DNA of 64,000 nt from positions 319,492 to 383,491 of the forward strand of contig JAZJZK010000007.1 of NCBI GenBank assembly GCA_040389905.1, read 5' to 3'. Every line of letters starts with the position of its first letter. Position 1 is the first letter of the stretch. The translations under genes and the position numbers were made by a program. This stretch comes from Gemmatimonadota bacterium. GTDB lineage: Bacteria > Gemmatimonadota > Gemmatimonadetes > Gemmatimonadales > Gemmatimonadaceae. This document shows, in pieces, positions 9,561-18,304 of the stretch. The notes under the pieces were generated by a model. The model was not told the DNA's origin, did no database searches, and worked only from the letters and a program-made list of their open reading frames with translations.

Positions 9561-10363
9561 TATTCGGACGCGGCGCCGGCGACGCCGGCGGGAACCGCGG
9601 AGCGGATTCGTGGAAGGAGATCGCGCTCGCGCATCGCGCGGTCGATCAGGGCGCGCTCGCTCTCATCGAGCGGAGCGCCGGAGACACGGATGATCTGCAC
9701 CAGCACCAACTCCAGATCGTCGAGCAGCGGCCGCAACTCGGCGTCATCGCCAGCGGGGGAATCGAGCAGGAGACGCGTGCTACTGAGCACGTCGCGTCCC
9801 CATACGCCAAGCTGCTTCGCCGCCGCTGGATTGCGTTCGGCGATGTTGCTGGCGCGATAGGCGGTAAGCAACGCTTCCGCCTGACTGAGCGTCTGAACCG
9901 CCGCCAGCCGGTACAGTCGCGATGGATCATTCACCTGTGCTGCGGGCGCCGTCGCTGGGGCGCTCTTCGCGGTCGGCCTTGCCTCCGGCGGCCGAGGACC
10001 AAACACGGGTGCCGGCGCATCGGCGGCGGCAACCTGGCTGCTCGGCGCGGACGGAACGGAACGCAGCGAATACCGATCCACGCCGATACCGACGAGCAAC
10101 GCCGCCGCGATCACCGCAGGCAGCACCCAGCGGCGACGACGCAGTGGCGTGACGCCGGCAATGGCTCCCGCCTGCGCGGCCTGCGTCGTTTCGAGACGCG
10201 CCTGAATCGCATCCCACATGTCGACGCGAGGCGTTGCCGGCGGATCGTTCAACGACGGCGCCTGCTGTGCGATCCACGCGTCGAAATTCGGATCGTCGGG
10301 CAGGACAACGTCGGCGTCGTTGCCGAAGTCGTATCCGTATTTGCTGAGATTGTCGTCGCTCAT
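9560..10363 (-). CDS. Putative membrane-anchored anti-sigma factor
   Basis: ATG overlaps the sigma stop (ATGA); MWDAIQARL then one TM helix RRWVLPAVIAAALLVGIG; helical C-domain. Confidence 0.7.
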   Translation of the reverse strand: MSDDNLSKYGYDFGNDADVVLPDDPNFDAWIAQQAPSLNDPPATPRVDMWDAIQARLETTQAAQAGAIAGVTPLRRRRWVLPAVIAAALLVGIGVDRYSLRSVPSAPSSQVAAADAPAPVFGPRPPEARPTAKSAPATAPAAQVNDPSRLYRLAAVQTLSQAEALLTAYRASNIAERNPAAAKQLGVWGRDVLSSTRLLLDSPAGDDAELRPLLDDLELVLVQIIRVSGAPLDESERALIDRAMRERDLLPRIRSAVPAGVAGAASE

Positions 10364-10947
10364 GGATTCCATTCTCCTGCGAATTCTGCGAGCGCCAGGC
10401 GCAACTTCGCCCGGCCGCGTGAGAGCTGTGCTTTCGATGTTCCCGGAGTCACGCCGAGCGCTTCGGCGATCTCCTCGTGCGTAAACCCTTCTGCGTCGTG
10501 CATCATGAAGACGGTGCGACACCCCTCTGGCAGCGCCGCCACCGCGGCGGCGAGCTTCTCTCGAAGAATCGGATCGGACACCGGCGTCGAGTGCGACATC
10601 GTCAGGGCCTCCTCGAGCGGTGCGGCGCGGGCCTCTTCACGTTTCCGGCGCTTGATCTCATTCAGCGATACCGACACCGCGATCGTGTGAAGCCAGGTTC
10701 CGAACGCGGCGTCTCCCCGAAATCCCTCGATGCCCGCAAAGGCGCGAACGAAGGTGTCCTGCGTGAGCTCGCGGGCGAGGTGTTCCCGCCCGGTGAGCCG
10801 AAAGGTCAGCCGGTAAATCCGATCGACGTGCTCTTCGTACAGCGTGCGTTGAGCGATGGGGTCGCCCCGGCGGGCCCGCTCCACGAGCGTGCGCTGATCC
10901 GCGAGTCTCAGGGCTCGCTCCGGGGTGACGGCCTGCTCAGTTTCCAT
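10360..10947 (-). CDS. ECF-family sigma-70 factor
   Basis: Region 2 ELTQDTFVRAF/FGTWLHTIA; region 4 FTHEEIAEALGVTPGTSKAQLSRGR. Confidence 0.92.
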   Translation of the reverse strand: METEQAVTPERALRLADQRTLVERARRGDPIAQRTLYEEHVDRIYRLTFRLTGREHLARELTQDTFVRAFAGIEGFRGDAAFGTWLHTIAVSVSLNEIKRRKREEARAAPLEEALTMSHSTPVSDPILREKLAAAVAALPEGCRTVFMMHDAEGFTHEEIAEALGVTPGTSKAQLSRGRAKLRLALAEFAGEWNP

Positions 10948-10959
10948 TCTGCCTCTTGT

Positions 10960-10984
10960 GACAACGGCATCAGAAATACGGTTG
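10960..10984 (-). promoter_or_regulatory. Putative autoregulatory ECF promoter CAAC-N17-TGTC
   Basis: Minus strand CAACC-gtatttctgatgccgt-TGTC, 12 nt before the sigma ATG. Confidence 0.6.
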
Positions 10985-11100
10985 ATCGGGACAAGAGACG
11001 AAGGTCGTCAATGCAGGAGCACCGGATGAGCTGGTTGCGGGAGTCGCGAGGCGCGTTGGAAGTCGCAGCCCGGCAGACCAGCCACAACGACCCAGTCTTC

Positions 11101-11195
11101 AACGAGCAGATTCGACGGATTCAACGGATTCTGCGGATAACTACGTGAACAAAAGATCCGTCGAATCCGCTTAATCCACACAATCCGCATTCGAA
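11101..11195. repeat. Inverted array of 9-nt CGGATT/AATCCG units
   Basis: cagattcga cggattcaa cggattctg cggat ... atccgtcg aatccgctt aatccacac aatccgc. Confidence 0.7.
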
Positions 11196-11260
11196 CCTGG
11201 GTCAGTGATGTCCTTGAAGGTGCGCCGCCAATGTCCAACGCGGCCAAGAGGCCTGTGCCA

Positions 11261-11317
11261 GGTGCAGATCCCCCTCGACTTCGCTCGGGATAACCAAAGT
11301 TTTCGGCCGGGATGACA
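11261..11317. repeat. Palindromic REP-like repeat, subtype A (half copy)
   Basis: ggtgcagatccccctcgacttcgctcgggataac plus nearby cgggatgaca. Confidence 0.7.
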
Positions 11318-11331
11318 ACAGCCTCTGCACG

Positions 11332-11359
11332 TTGACAACGACCAGGCAGTGTATACAAT
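11332..11359 (+). promoter_or_regulatory. Sigma-70 promoter, likely leaderless transcript
   Basis: TTGACA-16 nt-TACAAT, 7 nt before ATG 11367. Confidence 0.6.
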
Positions 11360-11366
11360 TGCGCTG

Positions 11367-13931
11367 ATGCGGCGAGCAATTGGGTACTTCCCGGCGGCGA
11401 TTCTTGCGACGCTCCTCATCGCCACGCCGCTCGCGGCACAGGACCTTCAAGGTGTCGTTCGCGACAGCACCAGCCGACAACCGGTCCCCGGCGCCGTCGT
11501 CACGCTCCTCGACGTGTCGGGCGGTACGATCGGCCGAGGGATCACCAACGAGCGGGGTGAGTACCGCGCGCTCACGACGAACGGCGCCACCAAACTCCGC
11601 ATCGTGCGACTGGGCTTCCGCCCGCGTGACATTCTCCTTCCGATTTCCACGACGCCTGGACTACGACTCGATATCTCGCTTGTCGCGATCGCGATTCACC
11701 TCGAGCCGGTGCGAATCACGGCGGCAGCGAATTGTCCGTCGAGCCCAACCGCATCCGCAGCACTTGCGCTGCTCGAGCAGGCGCGCGCCGGGTTGCTCGC
11801 GACCGTCGTTGCGCGTTCGTCGAGCCCCGCGACGATGAAGCTGTTGCGCTTCCGGCGAATGATGGCGGGGAAGTCGGACAGCATCGTGGGCCAACTCGTG
11901 CAGATCGAAGAAGGTGCGCAGGCGACAATGTCGTTCGGGGCGGTGCGCAGCGGCTCGGACTTCGCGCGCGACGGCTTTATGAAGGACAGCTCGGGCATCC
12001 AGACACTGTACGGCCCAGACGCCGAAGCCCTACTGGATGACGGATTCGCCTCCGCGTATTGCTTTCGGCTCCTCGCCGCAGAGCCCACGCGAGCGAACCA
12101 GATCGGGCTCGGCTTCCAGGTGGCGAAGCGCCGGTCCAATCGAGTCGACATCGACGGCGCGATCTGGATCGACACTGTCGCGAAGGCGCTCCGCAACATC
12201 GAATTCGACTATGTCGGCATCGACCGCCGGTTCGACGAGTTCCATCCGGGCGGCCGAGTGTGGTTTCGCGAGATGCCGAATGGCGTGGTGCTGATCGATC
12301 GTTGGCACCTTCGCATGGTGTATGCGACGGCCGACACGTTTCGACTGCGGCGTGCGAGCGGTGGCGAGGAATTCCGGGTGAGCACCCAGTACAACGCCCA
12401 GGAAGCCGGCGGCGAGCTCGCGCGCGCGACGTGGCCGGACGGGCGCACTTGGCAGGCTCCGCTCGGCACCGTATCGATTCACGCCGACAGCCGCGCGCAA
12501 CGTTCGGCGGCGAACACGGTGTTGCGCCTGGAAGGCACGGATTATCGCGGCAAGACCGACGCGAGCGGCAACCTCACGATCACCGACGTACTTCCGGGCC
12601 CGTATTTCATTCGATTGGCCGATGCGAGAGCGGCCGCGTCGGCGACGAATGCGTCGTCGGTCAAACGATTTGCCGTCGTGCGAGACTCCACGACGGAATT
12701 GAATATCGACGTCGTGACGGTGAACGAGTTCGCTCGCGTGCGCGGCATCGCATGGGATAGCTTGAACGCTCGGCCACTGAAGGGAGCCCTCGTCAGTATC
12801 ACTGGACGGCCGGATGGCTTCACGACCGATAGCACGGGCGCCTTCGCATTCGACAGTATTTCGCCGGGCACGTATACGCTCAGCGCCTTCCATCAGGCGA
12901 TGGATTCGATCGGATTGTCAGGAGCGTCGAGGCGAATCGAGGTTAGGCAAGATCGTGATTCGGTTCGGCTTGCCATCCCGTCGTTCGGTACGCTCTGGAA
13001 GGCGGCGTGTGGAAAGAAACCCGTTCCGCGCGATAGCGGATTCGTCTTCGGGATGGTGCGGGATGCGACGCGCCGAGAACCGCTTCAGGGTGCGATTATC
13101 GACGTGAGTTGGCAGCAAGCCGGGAGCGATAGCACGACAGTCCAACGACGCCTCGTCGAGGAGATTCGCACAGATGAAGCAGGTGCCTACAGCGCCTGCG
13201 GTATTCCACCGAATGCTCCGTTGCGATTAGCGGCGACGAATGGCGCGACGGCAACGGGTTTGATCGATCTTCCGGCGAGCATGCAGCGCGTTCAGCGCCG
13301 TGATCTCGTCGTGGGGGAGGCAACAGACTCAATGCATACACAGCGGGGAACGATACTCGGCGTGGTGCGCGACGAAACACGCCAACCGATTCCCGGTGCA
13401 CGCGTGTCGGTGATCGGTGCGCGCGAGGCCCGCACAGGGGACGATGGCCGTTTCCTGTTGAGTGGCGTGCCGGTTGGCACGCGGCAGGTGCAAGTGTTGT
13501 CGTTGGGGCGTACTCCGCTAACGACAGCCATCGACGTCTTCCCCATCGATACAGCGCTCGTTTCGTTCGAGCTACAGCGCATGACCACGCTCGAAGCGGT
13601 GAACGTCACGGCGAACACCGTGCGGCAACGGCGAGTCAGCGAGATTCAAGAACGCATGACGTTGTCGCCCGCGTCGCACTTCATGGATTCGACCATGGTG
13701 AGCGGATTCGCCCAGGTGAAGAGTGCACTGTCGTACATGCCGATCCCGAGCGGTTGCGTCTTTTATGTCGATGCGATTCGAATACGAAGCACGGACGCCA
13801 AGCGCGAGATTCAGCTGCTGGACCCAGGTGCGATCGCGATGATCGAAGTACATCGCGCAGAGCGTGTCCCGATTCGATTCCAGCCAGACACGTGCGTCGT
13901 GCTCATCTGGACGAAAATGGCACTGCCGTAG
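11367..13931 (+). CDS. Secreted protein with several carboxypeptidase-regulatory-like domains and a plug-like C-terminus
   Basis: Signal peptide; repeated GVVRD...P.PGA.V units; C-terminal IAMIEVH...VVLIWTK. Confidence 0.8.
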   Translation: MRRAIGYFPAAILATLLIATPLAAQDLQGVVRDSTSRQPVPGAVVTLLDVSGGTIGRGITNERGEYRALTTNGATKLRIVRLGFRPRDILLPISTTPGLRLDISLVAIAIHLEPVRITAAANCPSSPTASAALALLEQARAGLLATVVARSSSPATMKLLRFRRMMAGKSDSIVGQLVQIEEGAQATMSFGAVRSGSDFARDGFMKDSSGIQTLYGPDAEALLDDGFASAYCFRLLAAEPTRANQIGLGFQVAKRRSNRVDIDGAIWIDTVAKALRNIEFDYVGIDRRFDEFHPGGRVWFREMPNGVVLIDRWHLRMVYATADTFRLRRASGGEEFRVSTQYNAQEAGGELARATWPDGRTWQAPLGTVSIHADSRAQRSAANTVLRLEGTDYRGKTDASGNLTITDVLPGPYFIRLADARAAASATNASSVKRFAVVRDSTTELNIDVVTVNEFARVRGIAWDSLNARPLKGALVSITGRPDGFTTDSTGAFAFDSISPGTYTLSAFHQAMDSIGLSGASRRIEVRQDRDSVRLAIPSFGTLWKAACGKKPVPRDSGFVFGMVRDATRREPLQGAIIDVSWQQAGSDSTTVQRRLVEEIRTDEAGAYSACGIPPNAPLRLAATNGATATGLIDLPASMQRVQRRDLVVGEATDSMHTQRGTILGVVRDETRQPIPGARVSVIGAREARTGDDGRFLLSGVPVGTRQVQVLSLGRTPLTTAIDVFPIDTALVSFELQRMTTLEAVNVTANTVRQRRVSEIQERMTLSPASHFMDSTMVSGFAQVKSALSYMPIPSGCVFYVDAIRIRSTDAKREIQLLDPGAIAMIEVHRAERVPIRFQPDTCVVLIWTKMALP

Positions 13932-13964
13932 GAGCTGGCACGCGGCGAATTGTAGATTGGACGC

Positions 13965-14842
13965 ATGCCGCGAATTGCGATGGTTACGTGTCGGACAATG
14001 TCGGAGATCACGGATGACGACGCCGTGCTCGCCGCTGCGCTTCGCACTCGCGACTGCGATGTCGTCGCGGCGCCGTGGGATGCCGATGTCGCATGGGAGT
14101 CGTTCGACGCAGTGGTCTTGAGGTCGTGTTGGGATTACCACCACCGTGCCGACGAATTCCGCTGTTGGATTGCAGACTGCGTGGCGAAAGGCGTTAACCT
14201 CTGGAATCCTGCTGTCGTCGTCGAATGGAATCTCCACAAGGCGTATCTGCGCGACGCATGGCGGGCGGGCGTTCGTGTTCCCGCGACGCGTTGGATTGGC
14301 GTCGGAGCCGATGTTCGGCTGGCCACCATTCTCGAAGAGAAGAGAATTGGACGGAAGCGGTGGTGAAGCCGGCGATCTCGGCGTCGGCAACCAACACCTT
14401 TCGTATCTCGCATCCGCCACTCGACGACGCCGAGGCGCGATTCGAGCGGTTGTCGGCGCATCAGGACATGCTGGTGCAGCGCTTTCTTCCGGAAGTGTCA
14501 CGCGACGGCGAGTGGTCTCTGGTGTTCTTCGCCGGCGTGTTCAGCCATGCCGTGCTGAAACGACCAGGAACGGCGGATTTTCGCGTCCAGGAGGAGCTCG
14601 GCGGCCGTGCCACGGCTCTCACCCCGGCTCCTGAGCTCCTGCGTGCGGCCGCCGTGGCGACTGGGCTCATTCCGGGCGATTGGCTCTACGTCCGCGTCGA
14701 TGGCGTGGTGGTGGAGGGAGAATTCGTCCTGATGGAGCTCGAGTGTCTGGAGCCGAGGCTGTACTTCCTTGACGATTCGATGGCCGCGACGCGGTGCGCG
14801 GAGGCGCTTTTCTCGAGGTTGAAGGGTACGGGCGCGCACTGA
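13965..14842 (+). pseudogene. RimK/glutathione-synthetase-like ATP-grasp protein, frameshifted near 14340
   Basis: N-half (RSCWDY, WNLHKAYL) in ORF 13965..14366; C-half (AVVKPAIS, DFRVQEELGG, RVD, LMELECLEP) in ORF 14225..14842; junction in gaagagaagagaa. Confidence 0.75.
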
Positions 14843-14937
14843 GTGCAAAATTTCCCCGTGGCGTGACGGTGCAAAGTGGGAAACAGCTGTAGTTGTTCTG
14901 GAAAGACACTCAGCTACCCATTCTCGCCCCCCGACGA

Positions 14938-15690
14938 ATGATTCGAATCGGCACCGACCGCATTGCAGTGGCCCTCGTCGCACCTCGCGGCCAATTCGCG
15001 CTCATGGTGGAGAAAGAGCTTCGTGAGCCGGGCGTCGTCACAATGCGGTGTGATGACCACGCGGGGCTTCAGAATGCCCTCGACGATGAACTGCCCGATA
15101 TCGTGGTGGTCGACGAGACGTCCTGCCCCACTCCCGTCGGACAACTCCAGGCCATTCGCGCTCAACTTCCGATCGCGCAGATCGTCCACCTCCGTGCAGG
15201 CGACGCTGCGCGTTGTAACACACTCATCGAGTGGGGTGCGGACGATGCGATCGATCGGTCCCCCGCGTGGCCAATTCGCATTCGCTCAGTGCTGCGTCGG
15301 GCGCGCGCCATCAAGTCCCTCGAGCAAACGGCGATTGGCGACGTCATCCTCGATCACCGGACGCGCCAGGTGTGGTGTAGCGGAGAGGAAACGCGTCTGA
15401 CCCGCCTCGAGTTCGAAGTGCTGCACCTGTTGTTCAAGAGCGCGCCGTGCGCCGTCCGCACGGAATGCATTGCGGCCGCGGTCTGGAAGGACCGGTCCGA
15501 ACGCCAGCAGCGAACCCTGGTCCAGACATATGTGTGCTACTTACGGCAGAAGCTCGCGAGCAGCGAGAGCGTCGCGCTGCGCTTCTGCAAGGTGCGCGGT
15601 TACTACTTCGGGCCTCGGCGGAAGGCGGACCGCTCGATCTCGATCGAACGTGCGGGCGTCCGGATGTACGCGAACGGCGACGCGGGGTAA
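14938..15690 (+). CDS. Divergent OmpR-type response regulator (start uncertain)
   Basis: PDIVVVD, GADD, winged helix LTRLEFEVL...VQTYVCYLRQKL...VRGYYF. Confidence 0.7.
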   Translation: MIRIGTDRIAVALVAPRGQFALMVEKELREPGVVTMRCDDHAGLQNALDDELPDIVVVDETSCPTPVGQLQAIRAQLPIAQIVHLRAGDAARCNTLIEWGADDAIDRSPAWPIRIRSVLRRARAIKSLEQTAIGDVILDHRTRQVWCSGEETRLTRLEFEVLHLLFKSAPCAVRTECIAAAVWKDRSERQQRTLVQTYVCYLRQKLASSESVALRFCKVRGYYFGPRRKADRSISIERAGVRMYANGDAG

Positions 15691-15772
15691 CGGTCGCTCG
15701 CTGCGGTAAAATCATTCGCGCGTGCGGTAGAATGATGACGCACTTTCCGGAGCGCGCGCGACTATTCATGGC

Positions 15773-17320
15773 ATGCTCGCTGCCATTCGCTCAGCCGCCG
15801 TACTCGGCATCGATTCCTACGATGTTACCGTTGAGGTAGACGTCGCGCTCGGTCTCCCGCAATGGATCATCGTCGGCCTGCCGGCAAATGCCGTGAAGGA
15901 GAGTCGAGAGCGAGTGAGCGCCGCGCTCATCAACGCGGGATTCACCGTGCCGTCGCGGCGCATCACCGTGAACCTTGCGCCCGCTGACGTACGCAAGGAA
16001 GGAACGGCGTTCGACTTGCCGATTGCGCTCGGAGTGCTCGTCGGGACTGGCGTGATCGCACCGGAGCAAATCGAGCACTGCGTGTTCGTCGGCGAACTGG
16101 GTCTCGACGCCTCGATTCGACCGGTCCGCGGCGCGCTGTCGATCGCGCGTCAGCTCGCGTCGTATTCATCAGAACGGAGAACCACGCTTGTTCTCCCCGC
16201 GGCCAACGCAGGAGAAGCATCGCTCGTGGGTGGCTTGCGTCTCGCCGCTCCATCGACGCTCGGCGAGCTCGTCGACTGGGTCCATGCGGGTTCGCTTCCT
16301 GAGCCGAAGACGGACGCGCGCACCGTCAGCCGGGTGGATGATCTCGACCTTGCCGATGTCGCAGGGCAGGAGGGGGCGAAGCGCGCGCTGGCGATCGCGG
16401 CGGCAGGGTCGCACGGGATACTTCTGGTTGGGCCACCAGGTGCAGGCAAGACCATGCTGGCGCGCCGCCTCCCGACGATCCTGCCCGCGTTGACGGACGC
16501 GGAAGCGCTGGAGGTGACAGCGGTGCACTCGGTTGCCGGAATGCTCGATCCGGCCGCAGGTGCGGTGTGGCGGCGTCCCTTCCGCGCGCCACACCACTCG
16601 ATCTCGACGGCGGGGCTGGTGGGCGGTGGGTCGTCGCCGAGGCCCGGCGAGGTGAGTCTTGCGCATCATGGGGTGCTGTTTCTCGACGAGTTGCTCGAGT
16701 TCCCGCGCTCCGTGCTCGAAGCGTTGCGTCAGCCAATGGAGGATGGAACGGTGACGATTGCGCGTGCGTCGGCCTCGCTGCGTTTTCCGGCGCGATTCGC
16801 GCTGGCTGCTGCGATGAATCCGTGTCCATGCGGCCATGCGGGCGACGTCTCGCATCCGTGCGTGTGTCCGGCGGCTGATGTCGCGAAGTACCGCGGTCGT
16901 CTCTCGGGTCCTCTCGCTGACAGGATCGATCTCCATGTGAATGTGCCTGCGGTTGCTCTCACACGACTTTCTTCGCGCGAGAGCGGCGAGAGTTCGAGCG
17001 TCGTGCGTGTGCGCGTCGAGGAAGCGCGTCGACGTCAGCGCGGCCGCTACCTCAGCGATGATGGTTGCAACGCGCGTGCGCCGGGCCGGTGGCTCGAGAC
17101 ACATGGACAGGTGCGTGGGTCAGCTCGCGAGCTTCTCACGTCGGCGGGCGAACGGCTTCACCTGTCAGCGCGCGCATTCCATCGCGTGTTACGCGTTGCG
17201 CGAACCATCGCGGATCTCGATGGCGACGCGAAGGTCGGCGCACCCCACGTGGCAGAAGCGCTCGGCTATCGGCCGAGAGGGCCGGAGGTCGAACAATCCA
17301 TCAGGAGGGCCATTGCATGA
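15773..17320 (+). CDS. comM: YifB/ComM family Mg-chelatase-like AAA ATPase
   Basis: ITVNLAPAD, GPPGAGKT, RPFRAPHH, PGEVSLAHHGVLFLDE, MNPCPCG, SGPLADRID. Confidence 0.92.
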   Translation: MLAAIRSAAVLGIDSYDVTVEVDVALGLPQWIIVGLPANAVKESRERVSAALINAGFTVPSRRITVNLAPADVRKEGTAFDLPIALGVLVGTGVIAPEQIEHCVFVGELGLDASIRPVRGALSIARQLASYSSERRTTLVLPAANAGEASLVGGLRLAAPSTLGELVDWVHAGSLPEPKTDARTVSRVDDLDLADVAGQEGAKRALAIAAAGSHGILLVGPPGAGKTMLARRLPTILPALTDAEALEVTAVHSVAGMLDPAAGAVWRRPFRAPHHSISTAGLVGGGSSPRPGEVSLAHHGVLFLDELLEFPRSVLEALRQPMEDGTVTIARASASLRFPARFALAAAMNPCPCGHAGDVSHPCVCPAADVAKYRGRLSGPLADRIDLHVNVPAVALTRLSSRESGESSSVVRVRVEEARRRQRGRYLSDDGCNARAPGRWLETHGQVRGSARELLTSAGERLHLSARAFHRVLRVARTIADLDGDAKVGAPHVAEALGYRPRGPEVEQSIRRAIA

Positions 17321-17365
17321 ACACGAAGGCGTTCAGGATCTTGCGGGTTGACGGTGATGCCGATA

Positions 17366-17387
17366 GTATTACTTATCAAAGTAATAC
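17366..17387. promoter_or_regulatory. Palindromic operator upstream of the TA operon
   Basis: GTATTACT-N6-AGTAATAC, with TTGACG at 17348-17353. Confidence 0.7.
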
Positions 17388-17400
17388 CACGGAGCAGGCT

Positions 17401-17643
17401 ATGCGCATCACCAGCAAGGGGCAGGTCACCATTCCGCTTCAGGTTCGGGAGCGTCTGGGACTCCTGCCCAATACCGAAGTCGAGTTCAGCATTCGCGGCG
17501 ATGTCGCGGTGCTGATGAAGGCCGGGACGCGGCGTCGTGGACGAGCGGTCGTGGAGCACATGCGCGGACGCGGCGACGGTACGATGACGACCGATGAGAT
17601 CATGGCGCTTACGCGCGATGCGACGCCGAGTGCAACGAAATGA
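17401..17643 (+). CDS. vapB: AbrB/MazE/SpoVT antitoxin (VapB)
   Basis: MRITSKGQVTIPLQVRERLGL; stop overlaps the PIN gene start. Confidence 0.9.
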   Translation: MRITSKGQVTIPLQVRERLGLLPNTEVEFSIRGDVAVLMKAGTRRRGRAVVEHMRGRGDGTMTTDEIMALTRDATPSATK

Positions 17644-18047
17644 GCCAGGTTCTGGTGGACAGCAATGTCATCATTGACGTCCTGACCGAAGACGCGAACT
17701 GGTTCGAGTGGTCGGCGAAGGCGCTGGAGGAGGCCGCGGAATCGGACGTGCTCTTCATCAATCCGATCATCTACTCGGAAGTGTCGGTGCACTTCTCGCG
17801 CATCGAGGATCTCGATGCCGCCGTGCCGCCAGCGAACTTTCGACGCGAGGCGTTGCCATGGCAGGCGGGGTTTCTTGCAGGGAAGGCGTTCCACCAGTAC
17901 CGCAAACGAGGCGGCGAGCGGCGGTCTCCCTTGCCGGACTTTTACATCGGTGCACATGCCGCGATTCGTGGCGCGACGCTGCTCACGCGCGATGCGTCAC
18001 GATACCGGTCGCTGTTCCCCAGGTTGGAAATCATTTCGCCTGCGTGA
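17640..18047 (+). CDS. vapC: PIN-domain toxin (VapC)
   Basis: VLVDSNVIID, SEVS, PLPDFYIGAHA, LLTRD. Confidence 0.9.
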   Translation: MSQVLVDSNVIIDVLTEDANWFEWSAKALEEAAESDVLFINPIIYSEVSVHFSRIEDLDAAVPPANFRREALPWQAGFLAGKAFHQYRKRGGERRSPLPDFYIGAHAAIRGATLLTRDASRYRSLFPRLEIISPA

Positions 18048-18063
18048 CAACGACGGAAACCAG

Positions 18064-18254
18064 TGAACGCGGATCAAATCTGAAACAACTGCAAAAAAAA
18101 TGATTCTTCATTCATGTTATTGCAAGCTTGAGAAAGACCCCGATAACTGCTTCAATATCAATACCAAAGGGCCGGCCTCTTGAGAACGAGGCCGGCCCTT
18201 CGTAGGAACGAATCGCTGTTTGCTTCTGTTGAATCAGATTTGCATCCGCGTTCA
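18064..18254. repeat. MITE-like element with TGAACGCGGAT terminal inverted repeats and AT-rich core
   Basis: tgaacgcggatcaaatctga ... tcagatttgcatccgcgttca; 3' flank atgtgccggc identical to the 5972-6070 copy. Confidence 0.7.
18167..18200. terminator. GC-rich hairpin, likely terminator between convergent genes
   Basis: aagggccggcctc-ttgagaac-gaggccggccctt. Confidence 0.65.
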
Positions 18255-18304
18255 ATGTGCCGGCGGAAGTGGCTCAATCCGCGTTCAGGCAGACGCAGGT
18301 ATGG

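Noticed and set aside
11101..11320. Repeats considered as a CRISPR array
   Set aside because: No constant direct repeats with unique spacers and no cas genes; these are inverted or dispersed palindromes.
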